In this document: positions 29,970-39,339 of the stretch, piece after piece
Layout of the letters: each line of letters starts with the position of its first letter
Numbering within the stretch: position 1 is the first letter of the stretch
Assembly: GCA_963841435.1 (NCBI GenBank)
Contig: CAWJCS010000006.1
Coordinates: 1,760,001-1,824,000, forward strand
DNA: 64,000 bases
Reading direction: 5' to 3'
DNA from: an uncultured delta proteobacterium
Lineage (GTDB): Bacteria > Myxococcota_A > Polyangia > Polyangiales > Polyangiaceae
Program-made: the position numbers and the translations under genes
Notes under the pieces: model-generated
Told to the model about the DNA's origin: nothing
What the model saw: the letters and a program-made list of their open reading frames with translations, nothing else
Database searches by the model: none

Positions 29970-30560
29970 GTGTTCGACGCGGCCGAGCTCGAGGGCGAGC
30001 GCGAGCTCTGTGAGCGGGCGCGGGGTGGCGACCGGGACGCTCTGGGTTGACTGCTCGGGGCGCACGGGCCGCGCCTCTACCGGAGCGTGCTCCTGCCGCG
30101 CCTCGGCAATGCAGCGCTCGCGGAAGAAGCGCTCTCGGTGACCTACCTGAAGGTCGTCGAGCGCATCGAGCGTTTCGAGTGGCAGGGCGTCGGAGTGTAT
30201 CCGTGGCTGCGTGTCGTGGCGTTGCGTGTGGCGCTCGACCAGCTGCGTTCCCGCAAGCGCGAGCGGCTCTTCGACGCCGCCGATTTGGAGCGTGAGATCG
30301 ACCATGCCGAACGCGAGACACGCGACGCCGCGGCGTTGGAGGCGCAAGACCTCGCGTTGTCGCGGGCGCGCGTGATCGGCCTGCTCGACCGCATCAATCC
30401 GCGCTACGCGCAGGCCATCCGCTTGCGCGTGCTCGACGAGCGGCCGCGCCACGAGGCCGCAGCCGAGCTCGGCGTCGCCGTCGGCACGTTCGACGTGGTA
30501 CTGCATCGCGCGATGGCGGCGCTCAGGAAGGTCCTTGCGAGCGAAGAGGAGCAGCCGTGA
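29970..30560 (+). CDS. ECF-type sigma-70 factor; in-frame TGA at 30048-30050
   Basis: L.ERARGGDRDALG*LL..H..RLY, AEEAL..TYLK, YPWLRVVALRVALDQLR (region 2), region 4 AAAELGVAVGT....LHRA. Confidence 0.8.
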
Positions 30561-31192
30561 CCGACCGCCCGCAGGATCGACCGGAGAACGAGCCCTTCGA
30601 GGCGCTCGATCCCCGCGTCGAGACGGAGCTCGCCGAGGCGCTGCGCGCCGCGTACGCACCCGCGCCCCTTTCGAGCGAGCGCCACCGGCAGATCGTCGCC
30701 AACGCGCTCGAGGATCCGCTGGCGCCCCCCAGCGCGGACGAGCTCGCCGAGAGCGCCCGACTGCGCGCCGCCCTCGATAGCGGCGACGAAACCCACCCCG
30801 ACGTCGCCCTTGCGGCCGCGCTCAAGAGCGCCAGCGCACCGGCTCCGGTCGACGCCGCCGCGGTCGCGCGGGCCCGTGAGAGGCTCACCGGGCACGCCAC
30901 GCCCGGGCGGGTGATCTACGTGGCGTTCGGCGGCCTCGCGCTCGCGGCGGCCGCGGCGTTCGCGCTCGTCATGATGCGCCCGCAAACCGCCTCCGAGCTC
31001 GCCGGCGCCAAGCCCGGGGCTGCGCTCGAGCAGGCGGCCGGAGCGCCCCTCATGGCACGCTCGCGCACGACGGACGCGCTGTTCAGCGAGCGGTTCGAGC
31101 CCGGGAAGACCACGAGCCGCGTCGATCGCATCGCGCTCGCCCGCGCGCACGAGCTGCGGGAAAACCGCTATGTGGCCTGGGGGGTGCGGTGA
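30557..31192 (+). CDS. Single-TM hypothetical protein, candidate anti-sigma factor
   Basis: GTGA overlap with the sigma gene; one TM (VIYVAFGGLALAAAAAFALVMM). Confidence 0.55.
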   Translation: MTDRPQDRPENEPFEALDPRVETELAEALRAAYAPAPLSSERHRQIVANALEDPLAPPSADELAESARLRAALDSGDETHPDVALAAALKSASAPAPVDAAAVARARERLTGHATPGRVIYVAFGGLALAAAAAFALVMMRPQTASELAGAKPGAALEQAAGAPLMARSRTTDALFSERFEPGKTTSRVDRIALARAHELRENRYVAWGVR

Positions 31193-31749
31193 AAATCGGG
31201 CTCGTCGCCCTTGGTTGCGTGCTCGCGTTTGGCCCGCTCGGCTGCTCGCGGCAACCGCGCGAGGGCGACTGCCCGGAGCTCGACGGAGGCGCCCCCGTCG
31301 ACCAGGCACTGCTCGCGTTTCTGAGCCGCGCGCGGGCCGCGCACCATCGCGCGGACCAGCGCGAGGACGCGGGCGACATCGCGCAGGCCGTCGCCGAGCT
31401 CGACGCGTTGGTCGGGGGTCCCCTGCTCGCGGGACGCAAGGCGCCGGAGGTGAACGAGGTGCTCGCCGACACGCGCGCCCGCCTTGCCGACCTGAGAAGC
31501 CGCCAGGGTGCGTTCAATCGGGCCGAAGCCGACGTGAAGTCCGGGCTCGCCCTGCTCGAAGGGCCGAGCTATTTCCAGGGGCACCTCTTCGAGGTGCAGG
31601 GGCTCCTCGAGGAACGGCGCGCCAAGGCCCTTGCCGGGAGCGGGGACACCGCGGGCGCCGAGCATGCCAAGGAGCGCGCCCTCGCGGCGTTCCAGAAGGC
31701 CATGGAAGTGCAGGCAACCGTGATCGAGCGTGCCACCGGCGCCCAGTGA
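31189..31749 (+). CDS. TPR-like lipoprotein
   Basis: Signal peptide with PLGC lipobox; helical TPR-like repeats; GTGA overlap with the upstream gene. Confidence 0.6.
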   Translation: MKIGLVALGCVLAFGPLGCSRQPREGDCPELDGGAPVDQALLAFLSRARAAHHRADQREDAGDIAQAVAELDALVGGPLLAGRKAPEVNEVLADTRARLADLRSRQGAFNRAEADVKSGLALLEGPSYFQGHLFEVQGLLEERRAKALAGSGDTAGAEHAKERALAAFQKAMEVQATVIERATGAQ

Positions 31750-31855
31750 GCCCGGACCTGCGGGGACGCACCTCGAACGCCGCCCCCGTGGGAAAATGGG
31801 CTGAAAGGGCCCGGGCATTCGCGAACCGTCGGCGCTTCCGTTAGAATCGAACGGG

Positions 31856-33430
31856 GTGGCTACCGCAGACAAGGACTTTCGATTGCGCGTGACCCCGGGT
31901 GTCGATGTTAGGGCGCTGCCGATCACGCCCGAGGACGCGTTCGTGCTGTCGCGACTCGACGGGTCGGCCACGGAGGCGGACATCGCGCTTGCCACGGGCC
32001 TCGACCCCAACGTCGTCCGGGCATCGCTCGAGAAGCTGTCACGACTCGGCGCGATCGACCGCACGACCATCATCGAAACGCGCAGCGGGCAACCGCGCCC
32101 GGCGAGCACCACGACGTCGGGGACCTTCCACATCGGGCCCGTCGTCGAAACGCGCGGTGACTCGAGCGGCCACCACCCCGCGGCCGCCCTCTACGACCCG
32201 TCCGAGCTCGACGAAGGGGTCGATCTCGAGCTCGCTCGCAAGCGTCGCATCCTCGACACCTTCTACCAGCTCGATGGCGTGTCGCATTACGAGCTCTTGG
32301 GCATCGACGCCTCCGCCGACAAGAAGGCCATCAAGGCCGCCTACTTCGAGATCGTCAACGTTTTCCACCCGGATCGCTACTTCGGCAAGAGCCTCGGCAG
32401 CTTCAAGCCCAAGCTCGAAAGGATCTTCGCGCGCATCACGGAAGCGCACGACGTGCTCACGCGCCAGGCCTCGCGCGAGGAATACGACCGCTATCTCTCC
32501 TCCGTGCAGCGCACCCGGGCGCTCGATCGCACGCTCTCGGATCGACGGGGGCACGCGACCGAGCTCGAGCGCGTCGAGCGCGAGATCCAGTCGCAGGTCC
32601 AGCTCGAGGAAAAGGCCAAGCACTCCTACCCGCCGCCTGCCGGCAGCAACTCCGCCGGCCCGTTCTCGGGCACCGTGCCGCGGACGCCGTCGGTGAGCAT
32701 GCCCGCCGTGAGCCTCTCGTCGCCGAGCTCGGCCGCGCCGTCGTCGCCGCGCGTGAACGACGCCGAGTCACGCAGGCGCGCCCTCGCGCGCAAGCTCGGC
32801 GTGTCGCTGCCGCCCGCGCCCCGCACACCTCCACCCACGTCCGACGCCGCCGTACGCGAGAACGCGCAGGCCGACCTGAAGCGCCGCTACGAGGAGCGCG
32901 TCGCCGAGCTCAAGCGCCGTCAGGTCGAGCACTACATCGCCGCGGCCGAGAAGGCGGAGCGCGCCGGGGACCTGGTCTCCGCGACCAACGCGTTGCGCAT
33001 CGCCGCCTCACTCGAGCCGACCGACGCGGGTCTTTTGGGCCGCCTGAAGGCCGTCGAGGGGCGCGCCGCCGCCGGGCTGGCCGAGGGCTACGTGGAGCAA
33101 GGCAAGTACGAGGAGCGCGAGGGCCGCTGGCTCGAGGCGGCGGCGTCCTACCGGCGGGCCGCCGTGGGCAGGCCGTCCGTGCGGGTGCTCGAGCGCGTGG
33201 CCCATTGCCTCCTGAACGGCAAAGGCGACCTGAAAGAGGCAGCGGACTTCGCTAAGCGCGCCCGCGACACCGGCCCGAGCGACGTGACCGCCAAATTGAC
33301 CCTCGCCAAGATCTTCGTCGAGGCAGGGATGAAACAAAGTGCCATCGGCGAGCTCGAGCGGGCCCAGCAGCTTTCGCCCAACGATGATACCATCAAAGAC
33401 TGGTTGCGACGGCTCCGCCGCGAGGCGTGA
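31856..33430 (+). CDS. J-domain co-chaperone: N-terminal winged-helix-like domain, J domain, TPRs
   Basis: HYELLGI..SADKKAIKAAYF....FHPDRYF...F..I.EAHDVL...R.EYD; C-terminal TPRs. Confidence 0.85.
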   Translation: MATADKDFRLRVTPGVDVRALPITPEDAFVLSRLDGSATEADIALATGLDPNVVRASLEKLSRLGAIDRTTIIETRSGQPRPASTTTSGTFHIGPVVETRGDSSGHHPAAALYDPSELDEGVDLELARKRRILDTFYQLDGVSHYELLGIDASADKKAIKAAYFEIVNVFHPDRYFGKSLGSFKPKLERIFARITEAHDVLTRQASREEYDRYLSSVQRTRALDRTLSDRRGHATELERVEREIQSQVQLEEKAKHSYPPPAGSNSAGPFSGTVPRTPSVSMPAVSLSSPSSAAPSSPRVNDAESRRRALARKLGVSLPPAPRTPPPTSDAAVRENAQADLKRRYEERVAELKRRQVEHYIAAAEKAERAGDLVSATNALRIAASLEPTDAGLLGRLKAVEGRAAAGLAEGYVEQGKYEEREGRWLEAAASYRRAAVGRPSVRVLERVAHCLLNGKGDLKEAADFAKRARDTGPSDVTAKLTLAKIFVEAGMKQSAIGELERAQQLSPNDDTIKDWLRRLRREA

Positions 33431-33466
33431 CCGCGCGGCACTCTTCAGGTTGGAGGATAGCTAACG

Positions 33467-35291
33467 ATGGAGCGAGTCATCGGCATCGATCTCGGGACGA
33501 CCAACTCTTGCGTGGCCATCCTGGAGGGCGATGCCCCCGTCGTGATCACGAACCGCGGCGGGTACAAGACGACGCCGAGCGTCGTCGCCGTGACCGAGGC
33601 GGGCAAGCGCCTCGTTGGGCACATCGCCAAGCGTCAGTCGATCACCAACGCCGAAAACACGGTGTACGCGGCCAAGCGACTGATCGGACGAAAGTGGAAC
33701 TCGCCTCAGGTCAAGAACGCCATCATGACCTCGAGCTACACCATCGTCGAAGGCCCGCACAACGACGTGCGCATCCGCCTGCGCGACAAGACCTACTCGG
33801 TCCCCGAGATCAGCTCGATGGTGCTCCAGGAGATGAGGGTGATCGCAGAGGACTACCTGGGCGAGCCCGTGAAGAAGGCCGTGATCACCGTGCCCGCGTA
33901 CTTCAACGACAACCAGCGCCAAGCCACCAAGGACGCTGGCACCATCGCGGGTCTCGATGTCATCCGCATCATCAACGAGCCGACGGCCGCGGCGCTGGCC
34001 TACGGTTTCGGCAAGGATTTCGACCGCACCGTCGCGGTCTACGACCTCGGCGGTGGCACGTTCGACATCAGCGTCCTGGAAATCGGCGCACACGGCGTTT
34101 TCAAGGTTATCAGCACGACGGGCGACACATTCCTCGGCGGCGAGGACTTCGACGCTCGCATCATCGATTGGCTCGTGTCCGGGTTCCAGCAGGAGCACGG
34201 CATCGATCTTCGCCAGGACCGCATGGCGCTCCAGCGTCTGCGTGACGCCGCCGAGAAGGCGAAGTGCGAGCTCTCGGGAACGCGCGAGACCGAGATCAAT
34301 CTGCCGTTCATCATCTCCACGGGTCGCAACGAAGCGTTGCACTTGCAGCGCATGCTCGATCGCCAGACCCTCGAAAGCCTCACCCAGGATCTCATCGAGC
34401 GCACGATCGACATCTGCCGTCAGGCGCTCGGCGACGCGCGCCTCGGCGTCGGCGAGATCGAGGACGTCGTGCTCGTCGGCGGGATGACGCGCATGCCCGC
34501 GGTGCAGCAGTCCGTGAGCACGTTCTTCCGGCGCGAGCCCAACAAGAGCGTGCACCCGGACGAGGTGGTGGCCATCGGCGCCGGAATCCAGGGTGCCGCG
34601 CTCGTGCGCGAGAAGCAGGAAATGATCCTGCTCGAACGTCACGCCGCACGCCCTCGGCATCATGACGTTCGGCAGCCACTTCGAGGAGCTGATCCCGCAA
34701 AATACGACCGTCCCGACGTCGCGAGCGAAGACGTTCACGACGAGCCGCGACGATCAGACCGCCGTGAAGATCCTCGTGCTTCAGGGGGAAAGCGCGCGAG
34801 CCGACGAGAACGAGCTACTCGGCGAGTTCATCCTCACGGGCCTGCGCAAGGCCAAGAAGGGTCTCGTCGAAATCGAGGTCACCTTCGAGATCAACAGCGA
34901 CGGCATCGTCAGCGTCCAGGCGAAGGACCTCGAAACGGGTCAGGCGCAATCGATCCAGGTGACCGCATCGAGCGGTCTCACGCAGGACGAGATCAAGAAC
35001 ATGATGACGCACGCGCAAGACTACATGGTCGAGCGCCGGACGGACGAGCGGTTCGAGGGAGTCAAGCAGGAGGCCGAGACCCTGATTGCGGAAATCGAGC
35101 GGCTGTTCCCCGAGATCGAGAAGGCCGTCGGCTCCGCCGATTTCGGACGTGACGCGCTCAGCAAGGCACGCGGTGCGGTCGAGCGGACGCGCACGGCCAT
35201 CGAGTCGAAAAGCACCACTGCGGTCGAGCAGCAGGTCGAGCAACTCGGCCGCACTCTCAGGATGTTCAAAGGAGTCGTCACGCGGGGCTGA
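33467..35291 (+). CDS. dnaK: Hsp70/DnaK chaperone paralogue; +1 frameshift at ~34635
   Basis: GIDLGTTNS, TVPAYFND, INEPTAAALAYG, DLGGGTFD, LGGEDFD, VGGMTRMP; linker LLDVTP restored by removing one A; substrate-binding domain in ORF 34662..35291. Confidence 0.93.
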
Positions 35292-36308
35292 TGACCCGCA
35301 TGGAAAATCCGGTGAAAGGTCCCGACCACCGCGAGCGCAATCGATCCTTCCTGGAGCCTCTCGAGCTCGAGGATCTGGAGCCGAAAGCCTCCGAGGAAGA
35401 CCCGAGCGTCTTCGACCGCATCACTGCGATCCCCTCCGATCCGCAAGAGCTTCTGCGCGTCGCGCAGGCCCAGGACGACGACCCGATCTCGGGGCTCCAC
35501 GAGAAGACCGCCCCCGGTCTCGGCGGCCCGAACCCGGGCTCGGCTCCGCCCGTCGTGCCGCGCGAGGGCGCTTCCGAGGTGCCCGCCGTGCTGGGGCCGC
35601 CAAGCGCCGACCCCAATCGTCCGAGGCGGCGCGCCACGAGGCCGTTCCAGGCGCCCCTGCCCGAGCCACCGAGCAATCCAAGGCTCGCGGCGATGACCAC
35701 CTCGACGGAGCCGCCGCTCGGGCCCATGACGGCGCCGACGGAGGCCCCGATCGCGCCGCTCGAATCCACCCACGGATCCCCCTCCCCTCGACGTGCCGGC
35801 AGGCGAGCTCGAGCTGATGGATCTCGGCTCGGAGCCGCCGCCGCCGCCCGTCGCGCGGCGCGATGCGCTCGAGGTCGAGCTTCCGGAGCGTTCGCCCACC
35901 GGCGAGGTGGGGCTTTCGCCGCCGCCGCCCGAAGACCCGGCCGTCGTCGCCATGAAGGACCGCTACGCGACGGGAGACTTTAGCGGCTCGCTGATCGTGG
36001 CGGAAGGCATCCTCGAGTCGAACCCCCGCCACGCGGATGCCCTACGCTGCCGGGAGCGTTGTACCGAAGTGCTCTCGCAGATGTATCTCGCGCGCCTCGG
36101 CTCGTTGAGCCAGGTCGTGCACGTGGCCGTCGACAACGACCAAGTCCGCTGGCTGTCGCTCGACCACCGCGCCGGTTTTTTGCTCTCCCTCGTCAACGGC
36201 TCACTCAGCATCGAGGAGCTACTCGACGTGAGCAGCATGCCGCGGCTCGAAGCGCTCCGCATCCTGTTCGGCCTGCTCGATCAGCAAGTGATCGCGCTAT
36301 CGGGCTGA
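35291..36308 (+). CDS. Hypothetical protein: acidic/Pro-rich disordered N-terminus, TPR-like helix pair, C-terminal winged-helix-like domain; +1 frameshift near 35763
   Basis: TGATG coupling to dnaK; C-terminal WLSLDHRAGFLLSLVNGSLSIEELLDVSSMPRLEALRILFGLLDQQVI. Confidence 0.65.
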
Positions 36309-36522
36309 GCCCGTCGCGCGGCAGCGAGAACGGGGGCGGGGGGCCGGGCCCGAGCCTTGGCCGACGAGTCGGCGCACCCCCCGCGAACCCGGGGACCATC
36401 GTGGAACGGCGTGCCTCGACCCCATTTCGGCGGGACACCGGGGTCGCCTCGACCCTTCCCAACCCCTCCCACCGAAGGCGTTCAGGCGAATCGTTCTAGG
36501 ACGGCCTGCTACGCTGCGCGCC

Positions 36523-38506
36523 GTGACCGCCGCCCGAGCCAGGCTCCGAGACGTGCTGCTCGGCGTCGTCAGCCTGCTTGCGGCGCTTTTCGTGGTCGGG
36601 CTTGCGCCGGCGCGAGCCGACGCGCCCGCGAGCGAGCCCGCGGCTGCAGCAGAGCTCGAGAGCGTCCCCAAGGTCGCGTCTTACACGCTCCGCGCGCGGC
36701 TCGACCCGAGCGCGCACACCATCACGGCCGAAGGCACGATCGAGCTATTGAACGTCGGCCCGGTGCCGCTCAACGAGCTCTATCTGCACCTCTATCTCAA
36801 CGCCTTCAAGCACGAAAAGTCGCTGTTCTTACGCTCCCCGTTCGGCGAAGGCCGCAGCGGCGCGCGGGCGGAGGACTGGGGCTACACCGACCTCACGCGC
36901 TGCCGCGCGAGGGAGCTCGGCGGCGCGGACCTCTTGAAGTCACGCGAGCCGGGCACGCCCGAGGAGCCCGACGACGAGACGGACGTGCGCCTGCGATTGC
37001 CGGCTCCGCTCATACCCGGGGCACGGCTGACGCTCGAACGTCGCGTTCACGTCGAAGCTGCCGCGCGTGATCCTTCGAACGGGCTATGCCGGCGGTTTCC
37101 ACCTCGCCGGGCAGTGGTTTCCCAAGCTCGCTCGGCTCACGCCCGAAGGCGTCTTCGTGCATTTCCCCTTTCACCCGCAGGCCGAGTTCTACGCTGACTT
37201 CGGCGACTACGACGTGACGCTCGACGTGCCCGCCGACGTGGTCGTGGGCGCTACGGGCGAGCGCATCGAGTCGAGGCTGGCCGGCGACCGCCGGGTGGAG
37301 CGCTACCGGGCGACCGCCGTGCACGACTTCGCCTTCACCGCTTGGTCCGACTTCCGCGAAAGCGCGACGACCATCGACGGCGTCGCCGTGCGCGTGCTGT
37401 TCCCCCCGGGTCACGAGCGCAACGCCGAGGACACGCTCGACGCGGTGTCGTTCGCCCTGCCGCGTGCCTCGGCCCGTTACGGCCGCTACCCCTACCCCAC
37501 CCTCACCGTCGTGCACCCGCCCATGATGGCCGCGCAGGCCGGCGGCATGGAATATCCGACGCTCATCACGACGGGAGGGCTCGCGCTGAGCGGCCTGCTC
37601 GGCGACCGCGCAATCCAGGCCGTCACGGTGCACGAGCTCTTGCACCAGTGGTTCTACGGCTTGGTGGCGACCGACGAGGCGCGCTTCCCATTCCTCGACG
37701 AAGGCGTCACGAGCTACGCCGAGCAGCGCCTGCTCGACGAGGGCTGGGGCCCGGGCTCGGTCTTCTCGGGCTTCGGTCTCGAGCTCTCCGCGACCGCGCT
37801 CGGGCGTGCCTTCGCGGCCGAGCGCGGCGAGGATGCCTCACTCGCGCTGCCCGCCGGGGAGTTTCCCGGGTTTCGAACGCTCGCTGCGCTCGTCTACTCG
37901 CGCACCGCGACGGTGCTCGAGACGCTCGCTCGCGTCTACGGCCGCGCCGAGCTCGAGCGCGGCCTCGGCAGGTACGCAAAAACCGAGCGCTTCCAGCACC
38001 CCACGCCGAACGACTTCGTCGCTGCGCTCGAAGCAGAGCTCGGCTCGGACGCCGCTCGCGTGCTCGAGCAGTGCCTGCACCAGCGTGGCCACGTCAATTA
38101 CCTCGTGCGCGACCTGCAAAATGCCCTGGAACGGACGCCCGGCGGCGTCTTCGACGAGCAGGGCACCCGCACGACGGTGCTCGAAGGCACGGCGGTGCCC
38201 GAACGCTATCGCGGGCGTGCCGTCGTGGTTCGCCATGGCTCGCTCGAGCTGCCCGTGGACGTGGAGCTCGTGGACGAGCGGGGCAACCGCACCCGCCAGC
38301 ATTGGGACGGCCAGGGCTCGTTCCACGTCGTGGAGTACCGGGGCGAGGCGCCGCTCGCCTACGTGATCGTCAACCCGGATCGACGCGTGCTGCTGGACGA
38401 TGACCTGTTCGACAACGCCGCGGCGGCGCGCGCCGACTACCCGACGCGAGTGCTCGAACGGACGACGTATGCGTTCGGGCTCCTCGTGTCGCTCGTGGGA
38501 CCATGA
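36523..38506 (+). CDS. Secreted/membrane M1-family metalloaminopeptidase; +1 frameshift at ~37037
   Basis: Signal peptide; GQWFPKLA, EFYADFGDYDV, GGMEYPTL, HELLHQWFYGLVATDE....LDEG (HExxH-x18-E). Confidence 0.88.
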
Positions 38507-39339
38507 GGCGCCACGGCTTCTTCGTCGGTTTGGACTTTTTGGCGCGCTTCGCCGCCGCGATCGTGCTGGCCCTCCCCGTCACGGCCGCCCTCGCCGGCAC
38601 GGGCGTGGGACAGTTTCCGGAGGGGGATCGGTTGCTCTTCGAGCCCGGCGGGCTCTACTTGCTGGAGGCCGCCCGTGAGCTCCGGCCGTTCGCCTGGTCG
38701 CTCGGCACGGCGTCACTGTTCGGATTCGGCTTGTTGTTCGTCGTGCTGCTCGTGCCGCACGGCGCGCTGCTCGCGTCGCTTTCTGCCAACGGGTCCCAGT
38801 CTCGCAGCGCCATTTTCGCCCGCGCGCTCGAGCGGTTGCCCGCGCTCTTCGCGCTCAGCAGTCTCGGGCTCCTGGCCCAGATCGCCGTCCTCGCGTTCGC
38901 AGCGTCAACCGGGGCTTCGGTGCGAGCGGCGCTCGCCGATCGCCCCGGAGCCACCCCCGAGCTCGTCGGGCTCGCAATCCTCGGGGTCGGGCTGGTCGCG
39001 GCGGTGCTCATCGGCATGGCGCGCGACCTCAGTCGCGCCGCCGCCGTGACGTTCGGGATCGCGGGCCCAGCGGCGCTGCGAATCGGCCTCGGCGCGCTCG
39101 GCCGCGGGGCGCGGGCAGCGCTGCCCGCTTGGCTCGGACCGGCGCTCGTCTCGGCCTTGCTCGTGGGCGCGGCAGCGCTCGTCACCGGAGCGCTCGACGT
39201 GTCGCGTCCCGGAACGCTCCGGGTCGTCACCGTCTTCGTCGTGCACGGCGTCGTCGGCTACGCGCTCGCCTGGTGTCGCGCGTTCTGGCTGTCGTCGTCG
39301 ATCGACTTGTTGAATCAGCGCTCGGCGAGCCGCCGATAG
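38503..39339 (+). CDS. Integral membrane hypothetical protein
   Basis: About six hydrophobic helices; ATGA overlap with the peptidase stop. Confidence 0.65.
   Translation: MRRHGFFVGLDFLARFAAAIVLALPVTAALAGTGVGQFPEGDRLLFEPGGLYLLEAARELRPFAWSLGTASLFGFGLLFVVLLVPHGALLASLSANGSQSRSAIFARALERLPALFALSSLGLLAQIAVLAFAASTGASVRAALADRPGATPELVGLAILGVGLVAAVLIGMARDLSRAAAVTFGIAGPAALRIGLGALGRGARAALPAWLGPALVSALLVGAAALVTGALDVSRPGTLRVVTVFVVHGVVGYALAWCRAFWLSSSIDLLNQRSASRR

Noticed and set aside
10834-30050. Stop-codon reassignment (TAG in rimO, TGA in the sigma gene), selenocysteine or pyrrolysine
   Set aside because: Two different codons, one case each; TGA and TAG terminate many normal genes here; the positions are not Cys or catalytic, and no recoding machinery is visible.
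36309-36522. GC-rich intergenic stretch after the DnaK module as a possible ncRNA or riboswitch
   Set aside because: No recognisable conserved motif or convincing structure by eye.
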